A stretch of 48,260 nucleotides of DNA from Verrucomicrobiota bacterium (GTDB lineage Bacteria > Verrucomicrobiota > Verrucomicrobiia > Opitutales > Seribacteraceae): assembly GCA_027593365.1 (NCBI GenBank), contig JAQCIX010000001.1:1-48260 (forward strand), read 5' to 3'. The position numbers and the translations under genes are program-made. Every line of letters begins with the position of its first letter. Position 1 is the first letter of the stretch. The notes under the pieces are model-generated. The model saw nothing but the letters and a program-made list of their open reading frames with translations. It was not told where the DNA came from and searched no databases. Positions 1 to 8,987 of this stretch are shown piece after piece.

Positions 1-982
1 CCTGCAGGTTGCCCTCCCCTTGCGACTGAGCAGACTTGATCTGAGCGTGCAGAGCATCCTCATAGGTCTCCCGTCCCTCAATCTGACGAAGGATACCGAA
101 GGGAGTTGGAAATGCAGGATAAGCCATTTGAGCAAGGATAGAGGCATAGGCAGGGTTGGTCGTTCTCGATTGGTGAACCAATAAGTCGGATTCTTCCACC
201 CCGTTTCCGAGTTCAACAATCTCAGGATCGAATCCATTGAGGCGAATTCCTTTGTTTTCACCGAAACGCAAAGGTTTTCCATCTTCCAACATAAGGGCCT
301 GTTCACTCCTAACCTCTCTACCAGTCACTGTGTCGAATGCATGGTTGTTAAATATCACACAGTTCTGAAAGATTTCCACAAAGGATGTTCCTTTGTGTGC
401 ATGTGCCGCCTTGAAGGTTTCCACCATGTGTTTTTGATCCGTATCTGTTGTCCGGGCGACAAAGGTTGCCTCACTACCCAGCGCAAATAACAAAGGGTTA
501 ATCGGATAATCGAGGGAACCAGCTGGGGTACTTTTGGTCTTTTTCCCCACCTCGGAGGTAGGGCTGTATTGCCCTTTGGTCAAGCCATAGATCCGGTTAT
601 TGAAAAGCAGTACATTGATATCGAGATTCCGGCGTAGGAGGTGCATCAAATGATTGCCACCAATAGATAAGCCATCGCCATCCCCGGTAACCATCCAGAC
701 AGATAAATCTGGGTTAGCAGACTTCACTCCTGTTGCCACGGTGGGTGCACGGCCATGGATGGTGTGAAACCCATAGGTGTTCATGTAGTAAGGAAAGCGA
801 CTCGAACATCCGATACCGCTCACCACTACAAATTTTTCTTTGGGCACACCTAAATCAGGTAAAGTTCGCTGAACTGCGTTTAAAATGGCGTAGTCTCCAC
901 ATCCCGGACACCAGCGGACATCATTTTCAGTAACGAAATCCTTTTTGGTCAGGCTGCTTTCTTCAGTGTTAGTTGTACTCAT
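1..982 (-). CDS. korB: 2-oxoacid:ferredoxin oxidoreductase beta subunit (3' end cut by window edge)
   Basis: Not in the ORF track. Manual translation from ATG at 982 gives MSTTNTEE...DVRWCPGCGDYAIL...SGIGCSSRFPYYMNTYGFHTIHGRA...TGDGDGLSIGGNHL (TPP-binding motif). Lies 14 bp downstream of the alpha subunit. Confidence 0.95.
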   Translation of the reverse strand, partial: MSTTNTEESSLTKKDFVTENDVRWCPGCGDYAILNAVQRTLPDLGVPKEKFVVVSGIGCSSRFPYYMNTYGFHTIHGRAPTVATGVKSANPDLSVWMVTGDGDGLSIGGNHLMHLLRRNLDINVLLFNNRIYGLTKGQYSPTSEVGKKTKSTPAGSLDYPINPLLFALGSEATFVARTTDTDQKHMVETFKAAHAHKGTSFVEIFQNCVIFNNHAFDTVTGREVRSEQALMLEDGKPLRFGENKGIRLNGFDPEIVELGNGVEESDLLVHQSRTTNPAYASILAQMAYPAFPTPFGILRQIEGRETYEDALHAQIKSAQSQGEGNLQ

Positions 983-996
983 TAAATTTTAATCGG

Positions 997-2838
997 TTAA
1001 GATAATTCTTTGTGAAAAGCAGTCCTTAATTCGGAGACTTTAAAAGGTTTACCCTGAACCTTGGTTAGAGGGATCGCATCCACCAGGTACTTTGCCCGAA
1101 GAATCAAACTGAGTTGCCCTAAATTCAACTCAGGAACGATCACTTTTTTGAATCGGCCAATAATATCGCCTAAGTCTTTGGGGAGTGGATTTAGGTGCCT
1201 GAGGTGTACACTCGAAACAGAAAAACCTTCAGCTTGCATAGCTTGTACCGCAGAAGTGATCGCCCCATAAGTACCACCCCACCCGATCGCCAGTAAATCA
1301 CCCTGATCTTCTCCATGTAATTCAAGCGGAGGCAAGGAGTCTGCTATACGCTCGACTTTATCTGCACGAAGATGGGTCATTTTCTCATGATTTTCAGGAT
1401 CATAGCTCACACCACCATCTTCCGATTTTTCAAGACCACCAATTCTGTGCTCTAATCCAGGTTGTCCTGGAATCGCCTGAGTACGGGCTAAGGTTTCAGG
1501 GTTTCTTTTGAAAGAGATGTACGGCTCACTAGGATCGGCAAATTTTACATGAATCTTGGGTAAGTCAGAGGCATTGGGCACAAGCCATGGCTCTGCCCCA
1601 TTAGCCACATAAAGATCACTGAGAAAAATAACTGGTGTGCAGTAAGTAAGGGCAATTCGACAAGCTTCAACTGCACAGTCAAAGCAATCTGAAGGTGAGT
1701 GAGCGGCGATTACAGGTAATGGACAATCCCCATGCCTGGAGAAGAGACTCTGTAAAAGATCGCTTTGTTCCGTCTTAGTGGGCAATCCGGTACTTGGTCC
1801 ACCCCGCTGTACATTACAGATTATGACAGGCAATTCAGTAATACTGGCTAAACCGATAAACTCGCTCTTGAGACACATTCCTGGACCACTGGTTGCAACA
1901 ACGGATAAATCACCCGCAAAGCTTGCTCCGATCGCAACACCCATTGCTGCAATCTCATCTTCGGCCTGAACCGTTTTTACACCAAATTTCTTAAGTGCGG
2001 ACAATCCCTCTAAAACGGGTGAAGCAGGCGTGATTGGGTAGCCAGAATAGAGTAATTCACGATTTGCACATTGGGCTCCAGCAACTAATCCATACACAGT
2101 CGCTTCGTTGCCAGAGATTTTGCGGTAAACACCAGGTTGAACCGCAGCCTTAGCAAGTTGATACCGGTTTCGAGCGGTTTCCATGGTATCCCCAAGGTTG
2201 TGGCCCGCTTTGAGAGCAGTCGAATTGGCATCGGCAACTTCAGGCAATTTCTTACCCCACTTTTGATTAAAAAAGTTTAAGGTAGGCTCAAGGGGTCTGC
2301 CATAAACATAACACATAAAACCAAGAGCAAAGAAATTTTTACAACGAGCCTTATCGGATGGTTTAAGAGGGCTATCGGTAAGTGCTTCTTTGGTAAGCGT
2401 GGTTAGGTCAAGCTCGATTAGCTGGTACTTTTTGCGAAAATCTTCGTCCTCTAATGGGTTACTTTCATAGCCTGCCTTCTTAAGATTCATTGATTTAAAT
2501 GAATCCACATTTACAACGAGCAATCCACCTTCCGGGAGATCCGCAATGTTGGCTTTCAATGCAGCCGGATTCATCGCAACCAGTGCATCCGGCTCGTCTC
2601 CTGGGGTGAGGATCGAACGGCTGCCAAATTGCAATTGGTATCCGGAAACTCCGGCCAACGTTCCAGCGGGGGCTCTGATCTCGGCTGGGAAATCAGGGAG
2701 GGTTGCAATATCATTTCCAGCAAATGCACTGGAATCTGTAAAGCGTTCACCGATAGTTTGCATACCATCTCCCGAGTCGCCTGCGAAACGAACAACGGCA
2801 GACTCGATTTCTTCAAAAGAATCAGTTGCTTGGGTCAT
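997..2838 (-). CDS. korA: 2-oxoacid:ferredoxin oxidoreductase alpha subunit (gamma-alpha fusion)
   Basis: RFAGDSGDGMQ, YPITPAS, QAEDEIAA, ATSGPG and NVQRGGPSTGLPTK motifs; 613 aa. Confidence 0.95.
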   Translation of the reverse strand: MTQATDSFEEIESAVVRFAGDSGDGMQTIGERFTDSSAFAGNDIATLPDFPAEIRAPAGTLAGVSGYQLQFGSRSILTPGDEPDALVAMNPAALKANIADLPEGGLLVVNVDSFKSMNLKKAGYESNPLEDEDFRKKYQLIELDLTTLTKEALTDSPLKPSDKARCKNFFALGFMCYVYGRPLEPTLNFFNQKWGKKLPEVADANSTALKAGHNLGDTMETARNRYQLAKAAVQPGVYRKISGNEATVYGLVAGAQCANRELLYSGYPITPASPVLEGLSALKKFGVKTVQAEDEIAAMGVAIGASFAGDLSVVATSGPGMCLKSEFIGLASITELPVIICNVQRGGPSTGLPTKTEQSDLLQSLFSRHGDCPLPVIAAHSPSDCFDCAVEACRIALTYCTPVIFLSDLYVANGAEPWLVPNASDLPKIHVKFADPSEPYISFKRNPETLARTQAIPGQPGLEHRIGGLEKSEDGGVSYDPENHEKMTHLRADKVERIADSLPPLELHGEDQGDLLAIGWGGTYGAITSAVQAMQAEGFSVSSVHLRHLNPLPKDLGDIIGRFKKVIVPELNLGQLSLILRAKYLVDAIPLTKVQGKPFKVSELRTAFHKELS

Positions 2839-2969
2839 GATTTATGGGGGGATTTGTTAGGAAAAAAACGAATCAGTTATGACCACTTAAAACAACATTC
2901 ACAACGAAATTATTAATAAAATAAAAAGGGAACATACGAGAATTTCTATCTATTGAAATTCTATTAGGA

Positions 2970-3542
2970 TTACAAACCCACAACAGGAAGTGGAAAGGGT
3001 TGTAAATTGAAGGCAAGTGAAAGCCTTGGATGACTGCTTTGATTGATACGAACCCCGTGCCTCATCCAGGGTTCAAATAAAATAAGTTTACCCACCTCTG
3101 GCATAATCTCCAATTCAGGTAGACCATCCAGATGAAAGTAAATATTACCCGACTTACTCAGGCAACTTAGGTATACGACCCCTGACAAGGCAGCGAGATG
3201 AGCATGATCGTGTAAACCCGTCGATTCCCCTGGCATGGAAGAATTAAACCAAAAAGGAAACTTGGAACTCTCACTTTCTTCCAACGGCTGATAAATCATA
3301 CAAAGGGAGCGTGAGAATTTTTCTACACCGATATCCCTAGCATACCTAATCGGAATACGGGCTTGGGGTACCAGATCAATCGGTAGGTAACTGTTTTCCC
3401 ACCTCCCACTTATTTTATGGGAAAAAACACACTTATCCTGATTCTTGTGAAAATTTTGCAATAATTCCGGCACCCAATCATCAGGATCAGGAATCCTCGT
3501 CTCAATGATTTTGCTTTTTCCCCATAGGTACTCTTTGAACAT
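2970..3542 (-). CDS. putative 2OG-Fe(II) oxygenase
   Basis: HDH...LSGVVYL...GKLILFEPWMRHGV...RLSLAFN: HxH...H iron ligands plus RxS 2OG-binding motif. Confidence 0.75.
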   Translation of the reverse strand: MFKEYLWGKSKIIETRIPDPDDWVPELLQNFHKNQDKCVFSHKISGRWENSYLPIDLVPQARIPIRYARDIGVEKFSRSLCMIYQPLEESESSKFPFWFNSSMPGESTGLHDHAHLAALSGVVYLSCLSKSGNIYFHLDGLPELEIMPEVGKLILFEPWMRHGVRINQSSHPRLSLAFNLQPFPLPVVGL

Positions 3543-3550
3543 GTACCCAA

Positions 3551-3579
3551 ATATCGATCCGATTTGGTTGCTAGGTCAA
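3551..3579 (-). promoter_or_regulatory. candidate sigma70 promoter for the oxygenase gene
   Basis: TTGACC-N17-CGATAT, then 8 nt to the ATG; the -10 match is weak. Confidence 0.35.
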
Positions 3580-3597
3580 GTTTGGGAACAAAATTAT

Positions 3598-4449
3598 TTA
3601 AACAAATGATAAAAATCTTTGAAGTAGACAGGCAGCTGTGTATGGAGACACAAGATCATTTTTAATAGGAGCGAGTTCGACCATATCCAACCCAACACAT
3701 TTTCGCCCCTTTAATACGGATTCAACCAAATCAATGGCTTGATAAAAACCTAGCCCCCCTGGAACGGGAGTACCCACAGCAGGCATGATGCTTGGGTCCA
3801 ATCCATCCAAATCAAAACTTAAATAAACATGTCTTGGAAAATCCTTGGGTAAGTTCACCACCCGAATATCTCCTCGAACCAGTTCCTCTCCATCGATAAA
3901 AAACACTCCATGATCATTTCGGGAAATTCTTTCCTCCCCACAAAGAGCACGCACCCCAAAGGAAGCCAATCTATGCCCCTCTTTAACTAAAAGATTCATC
4001 ACACTGGCATGAGAGTGAACTTCTCCCATGTAACAATTTCGAAGATCCGCATGGGCATCAAATTGTAAGATTCCTATCTTCTCTCCCAAGGCATCTCCAA
4101 CCCCTTGCACCGCCGCCCAACTCAAAGAATGTTCACCGCCCAAAGTGATCGGCACTTTAGATTGGCTAGCCACAGATTTTGTACGCTGTCGCAGTTGATC
4201 AAGGCATTCCCTATGACTGACGGCGCAGTCAATTGCATCCTGGGTGAAGATTCCCTGCTCACACACTGAAGACCTCTCTAACTCCCAACTCGCCTCAATC
4301 AAAGCTCGCGGACCTTGGGCAGTCCCTGAGCCATAAGAAACTGTTTTTTCCAATGGACATGGAATGATATGGAAGCGAGCGGACTCCTCATTATTTTCAT
4401 CTTCACCTAATTCTGAACCCAAAAATTGCATCTTTAATTTTTCGTTCAT
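3598..4449 (-). CDS. speB: agmatinase (ureohydrolase family)
   Basis: GGEHS, FDAHADL, SFDLDGLDP and GTP motifs; last gene of the polyamine operon. Confidence 0.9.
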   Translation of the reverse strand: MNEKLKMQFLGSELGEDENNEESARFHIIPCPLEKTVSYGSGTAQGPRALIEASWELERSSVCEQGIFTQDAIDCAVSHRECLDQLRQRTKSVASQSKVPITLGGEHSLSWAAVQGVGDALGEKIGILQFDAHADLRNCYMGEVHSHASVMNLLVKEGHRLASFGVRALCGEERISRNDHGVFFIDGEELVRGDIRVVNLPKDFPRHVYLSFDLDGLDPSIMPAVGTPVPGGLGFYQAIDLVESVLKGRKCVGLDMVELAPIKNDLVSPYTAACLLQRFLSFV

Positions 4450-5621
4450 GACAATCGATTCACGAATTCTTCATAGCCAAATTTTTTGGTTATCGTTAAC
4501 TGGTCAGATGTTGAGTTCCAAAGAGCAATCGAAGGGAGAGCAACGCCATTGAAAGTGTTTGTTTTTACCATTGTGTAATGAGCTTGGTCCAAAAAGGCTA
4601 CTCTGGAACCTCGATTCAAAGGTACTCCCAATTGATATAAACCAAAGCTATCAGCTGTCAGGCAACTGGCTCCTCCCAAAAAATACTGATACCCTCCCTC
4701 CTTTGATTCGCCTAGCAATGCAGGACGATAAGGAGCTTCTATCACATCGGGTGCATGACAGGTCGCACTCAAGTCCAATAATGCATGCGTTTTTTCTCCA
4801 TCCATCAAATCGAGAACGGTTCCCACCAGAATGCCAGCATCGAGTGCCACCGCTTCTCCCGGCTCAAGGTAGACCTGACATCCATATTTTTGACTGATCT
4901 CCTGAATCAGAATGACTAAGGCCTCCCGATCATAATCTTCGCGGGTGCAGTGATGACCACCTCCTAAGTTTATCCACTTAAAATTACTCAATGAACTCCC
5001 AAGGTCCTGTTCAATTTTCCTCCAAGTCTTTTCAAGAGGCAAAAAATTTTGCTCACAAAGAGTATGAAAATGTAAGCCGTCGAATCCCTCAAGGTCGGTT
5101 GGAGAAAGTTTGCTGACCGGATATCCTAAGCGGGAATTTTCCGCACAAGGATCATATTTAGGGTCGAGACCCAATGAAATTTCGGGATTAATCCTCAACC
5201 CAACAGAAACTCCACTTTTACGTGCTTGTTCCACCCCATATGCAGATGGATGATTAAAAATGAGATGATCCGTCAACGCACAGATTTCTTCCAATTCCGC
5301 TGGCTGGAAAGCTGGTGAAAATGTGGAGAGAATTTGAGTTTTTCGGTTCTGAATAAATCCTTTTTGCGTCGCCAATCTTGCCTCCCACAGACCCGAGGCA
5401 CAACACCCGTCTAAATACTCACTAACAAGGCTCGCCAAAGACCACATTGAAAATGCTTTGAGCGCGAGTAGTACCTTAGCCCCTGATTGGTTTCCAATAT
5501 TACGCAGAACTTCGAGGTTGGAACGAATCTTTTGTTCATCCACCACATAGGATGGACTAGGAACTCGATTTAGATCGAAATGGGAGAATGCACCTGGACC
5601 CCCACTTTGAGTGGGTAGCAT
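4446..5621 (-). CDS. nspC: carboxynorspermidine/carboxyspermidine decarboxylase
   Basis: ALKAF (PLP Lys), HFHTLCEQ, EPGEA, HYTMVKTNTFNG; overlaps both neighbours. Confidence 0.92.
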   Translation of the reverse strand: MLPTQSGGPGAFSHFDLNRVPSPSYVVDEQKIRSNLEVLRNIGNQSGAKVLLALKAFSMWSLASLVSEYLDGCCASGLWEARLATQKGFIQNRKTQILSTFSPAFQPAELEEICALTDHLIFNHPSAYGVEQARKSGVSVGLRINPEISLGLDPKYDPCAENSRLGYPVSKLSPTDLEGFDGLHFHTLCEQNFLPLEKTWRKIEQDLGSSLSNFKWINLGGGHHCTREDYDREALVILIQEISQKYGCQVYLEPGEAVALDAGILVGTVLDLMDGEKTHALLDLSATCHAPDVIEAPYRPALLGESKEGGYQYFLGGASCLTADSFGLYQLGVPLNRGSRVAFLDQAHYTMVKTNTFNGVALPSIALWNSTSDQLTITKKFGYEEFVNRLS

Positions 5622-6826
5622 CAGAACTGAGGTGCTTGATCCAAATCACGAACTTCCCAGGGCAGACCGTGATGATTGAGCATATCCATGAATGGATCAG
5701 GATCCATTTGCTCCATATTAAAAACACCCCTACCCTGCCATATTCCTTGGACCACAAGAGCTGCACCTATCATAGCTGGCACTCCGGTGGTGTAACTAAC
5801 TGCCTGACTACCGACCTCACGGAAGCACTCCTCGTGATCGCACACATTAAAAAGGTATTTCGTAACGGATTGCCCAGATTTTTCCCCAGTCACAATGTTT
5901 CCTATACAGGTCTTTCCCTTGGTACGCTCACCCAGTCCTCCAGGATCTGGAAGCACAGCTTTCAAAAATTGCAGAGGTATAATTTCATGCCCTTGGTACA
6001 TGACTGGCTCAATGGAAGTAAGTCCGACATTTTGAAGTACTTCCAAATGCTTTAGGTATGCATCACCAAAAGTCATCCAAAAGCGAGCTCTTTGGATTTC
6101 CGGAAAGTGCTTCACCAAGGATTCTAATTCCTCATGATACATGAGGTACATGTTTCTCTCTCCAACTTGAGGGAAATCAAAAGTATGGTTGTAAGAAAGA
6201 GCTGGAGTTTCCACCCAATTGCCATCTTCCCAATGTCTAGCCGGTGCCGTTACTTCTCTGATGTTAATTTCCGGATTAAAATTGGTTGCAAATGGATGGC
6301 CATGATCCCCTCCATTGCAGTCCAAAATATCAAGGGTATCGATCCGATCAAAGTGATGCTTGCGTAACCATGCGGTAAAAACATTGGTCACTCCCGGATC
6401 AAAACCGGAACCGAGCAAAGCCATCAGCCCAGCTTTCTCAAATCTCTCCTGGTATTCCCACTGCCAGCGGTACTCAAATTTCGCCTCATCCTTGGGTTCA
6501 TAATTTGCGGTATCCAAATAAGGAGTACCTGTTTCTAAGCACGCATCCATCAGGGTAAGATCCTGATAAGGAAGAGCGAGGTTGACCAAGAGGTCGGGTT
6601 TGACCCTTTCGATCAACCGGGTAGTTTGCTCGACAAAATCGGCATCAACTTCGGCAGTTTCTACTTTTACCCCAAATCTTTCCTCAACTGACTTGGCTAC
6701 TTTTTGACAGGATGACTCACGCCTGCTGGCCAAAGTGATGGAAGAGAAGACCTCTGGCAATTGAGCCATCTTATGAACGGCAACCGAACCGACTCCGCCG
6801 GCTCCTATGACCAATACTTTCGACAT
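5621..6826 (-). CDS. carboxynorspermidine/carboxyspermidine dehydrogenase (saccharopine dehydrogenase family)
   Basis: GAGGVG Rossmann motif, YLDTANYEP, GSGFDPG, FATNFNPEINIRE, SYTTGVPA; sits between speA and nspC. Confidence 0.92.
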   Translation of the reverse strand: MSKVLVIGAGGVGSVAVHKMAQLPEVFSSITLASRRESSCQKVAKSVEERFGVKVETAEVDADFVEQTTRLIERVKPDLLVNLALPYQDLTLMDACLETGTPYLDTANYEPKDEAKFEYRWQWEYQERFEKAGLMALLGSGFDPGVTNVFTAWLRKHHFDRIDTLDILDCNGGDHGHPFATNFNPEINIREVTAPARHWEDGNWVETPALSYNHTFDFPQVGERNMYLMYHEELESLVKHFPEIQRARFWMTFGDAYLKHLEVLQNVGLTSIEPVMYQGHEIIPLQFLKAVLPDPGGLGERTKGKTCIGNIVTGEKSGQSVTKYLFNVCDHEECFREVGSQAVSYTTGVPAMIGAALVVQGIWQGRGVFNMEQMDPDPFMDMLNHHGLPWEVRDLDQAPQF

Positions 6827-6839
6827 AATTTATCCTTGG

Positions 6840-8726
6840 TTAGTCTGATTCGTAGTATGTATATCCCCGCAAACTCTCACGGTATGTGGAAACTAATTCC
6901 TTTAATTCTTCAAGTGAGGCACCATGATCTTTGACGGCACGCTCTGCTCTCGCCTTAAACTTTTCAAGAAGTCTTTTGGGTTCGTATTCCACATAACTAA
7001 GAACTTCAGAAACGGTATCCCCCTCCACTTCATCGAGGAGTTCAAACTCGCCCTTTTCCTTGAGCCGAATGGTAACCACATTGGTATCCCCAAAAAGATT
7101 ATGCAAATCTCCAAGAGTTTCCTGATATGCACCCACAAAAAATGCTCCCAGATAATACTCCTCATTTTCATCGAGACTGTGTAATGGCAAACAATCGGAT
7201 ACCCCATCTGCAACTACAAAACGGTCGATCCGACCATCGCTATCACAGGTCACATCACAAAGAACCGCATTTCGATCTGGCTTCTCGTTTAAACGGGTCA
7301 GCGGAATAATTGGGTGTAGTTGATCAATTGCCCAAACATCAGGAAGACTCTGGAAAAGGGAAAAATTACAATGATATATATCCGCCATTCCTTGAACTCG
7401 TTGGTTAAGCTCTTCGCTCCATTCCGCATCATCCAGGCTTTCCATCCTTACCCTAATTTGCCCTAGTATTCTCTGATGGGCTCGCTCCGCTCGTGCAAGT
7501 ACAGGCAAAGAAAGCCTTCCTCTTCGAAAAAGAGCCCTTAATTCGTCCCGGTAGTAGGTAGCATCATTGAGGGATTCGAGTAAGTTATCATTGGATAATC
7601 CATCAGACAGTTCGATTAGGGAGCATAAGAGAGGATGATCCCCTTCTTCTGCCAAAACCACCCCGTCGCTTTCATAACTTGTGCTTTCCAAGACACTGAA
7701 AAGAAGCATGGAAGATTGGGCTACACAGGCACGTCCACTTTCCGTAACAATACATGGATGGTCAAAACCCGCATCATTCATCTCAAAACCAACTGTCTCA
7801 ACCACACTGTAGCAATATTCTTCCAAGGAATAATTGATCGAGTTGGGGCTGGATGAGTTTTCTCCAGTGTAATCAACTCCCAAGCCTCCTCCTAGATCCA
7901 AGTATTGGAGATTGGCACCAAGCTTCTTAATTTCAATAAATAACCTGCTCGCTTCCTGAGCAAACTTACGAATTTCGATCATATTAGGAACCTGGCTTCC
8001 AAGATGGGAATGCTGGAGAACCAAAGCATCGAGAAGATTTTCCCGGCGTAGGATTTCGACAACCTCGACTACCTGAGCAATGGAAAGCCCAAAGGAAGAA
8101 CGGTCTCCACTGGTTGCCGACCAGTAACCGCTCACCACATTAACCAGTTTGACCCGCACGCCAAGAGTGGGAGGAATGCCAAGCTCGCGAGAAACCTCAA
8201 TGATCAAGTTCAGTTCGCGAACACTTTCCATAACAATGACCGTTCGCATGCCCAACTTCGAAGAGAGCAAGGCAAGCCGAATAAATTCAGAATCTTTGTA
8301 CCCATTGCAAATAATCAAAGCTTCTGGGTTTACATTTTGGGATAGAGCAATCAGGAGTTCAGCTTTGGAACCCACCTCCAGTCCGAAATGATAAGGCTCC
8401 CCGTACTCAGAAATGCGCTCCACTACATGTGCCTGTTGGTTAACCTTTATCGGGAAAACTCCACGGTATTTCCCGCGATAGCCAACTTGTTGGATCGCCT
8501 CGTTAAAACTTTCATTAATTACCTGTATGCGGTGCTCTAAAAAATTAGAGACCCTGAGAAGAACAGGTGTTTGGATTCCTCTTTTCTCAAGCTTCTGGAT
8601 TACTCCGGCCAAATCAACAGGCTGATTATTCGGAAATAGTGGATCATGAAGACCAATATTTCCATTGGGGAGTATACCGACTAATCCATCTCCCCAGCGG
8701 GAGATTCCGTAAGTGTCATGATCCAT
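6840..8726 (-). CDS. speA: biosynthetic arginine decarboxylase
   Basis: FPIKVNQ (PLP Lys), HSHLGSQ, DLGGGLGVDY, TESGRA, TCDSDG, GAYQETLG. Start moved to ATG 8726 because the ORF-track start (8822) lies inside the tRNA. Confidence 0.93.
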   Translation of the reverse strand: MDHDTYGISRWGDGLVGILPNGNIGLHDPLFPNNQPVDLAGVIQKLEKRGIQTPVLLRVSNFLEHRIQVINESFNEAIQQVGYRGKYRGVFPIKVNQQAHVVERISEYGEPYHFGLEVGSKAELLIALSQNVNPEALIICNGYKDSEFIRLALLSSKLGMRTVIVMESVRELNLIIEVSRELGIPPTLGVRVKLVNVVSGYWSATSGDRSSFGLSIAQVVEVVEILRRENLLDALVLQHSHLGSQVPNMIEIRKFAQEASRLFIEIKKLGANLQYLDLGGGLGVDYTGENSSSPNSINYSLEEYCYSVVETVGFEMNDAGFDHPCIVTESGRACVAQSSMLLFSVLESTSYESDGVVLAEEGDHPLLCSLIELSDGLSNDNLLESLNDATYYRDELRALFRRGRLSLPVLARAERAHQRILGQIRVRMESLDDAEWSEELNQRVQGMADIYHCNFSLFQSLPDVWAIDQLHPIIPLTRLNEKPDRNAVLCDVTCDSDGRIDRFVVADGVSDCLPLHSLDENEEYYLGAFFVGAYQETLGDLHNLFGDTNVVTIRLKEKGEFELLDEVEGDTVSEVLSYVEYEPKRLLEKFKARAERAVKDHGASLEELKELVSTYRESLRGYTYYESD

Positions 8727-8778
8727 AATACAATACCCAGTTAAAAAAGTATAAGGGGAAGAATAGAAGGGAAAAAAA

Positions 8779-8856
8779 TGGTCGGGATGGTGAGATTCGA
8801 ACTCACGGCCTCCTGCTCCCAAAGCAGGCGCGCTAACCAGACTACGCTACATCCCG
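8779..8856 (-). tRNA. tRNA-Pro(TGG)
   Basis: Acceptor stem CGGGATG/CATCCCG, anticodon arm CCTGC-TT-TGG-GA-GCAGG, TTCGAAT T-loop, encoded CCA. Confidence 0.97.
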
Positions 8857-8951
8857 AAAACAAAACCATAACCCATGAACTATTTTTGGACACTTGGCAA
8901 AAACAATCATTCACTCCTTAACAAGCTCTTATATTATGAATTTGTTTGGCA

Positions 8952-8987
8952 AAACGCATCATCGCATCATGATATGTTGATACGTTT
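8952..8987. promoter_or_regulatory. 36-bp imperfect dyad, candidate repressor operator at the metH start
   Basis: AAACGCATCATCGC-ATCATGAT-ATGTTGATACGTTT centred on the palindrome ATCATGAT; holds two overlapping ATCA-N8-TGAT sites; abuts the ATG. Confidence 0.6.

Noticed and set aside
8727-8822. 32-aa N-terminal extension of SpeA in the ORF track
   Set aside because: It starts at a TTG inside the tRNA-Pro anticodon loop; ATG 8726 gives a normal SpeA N-terminus
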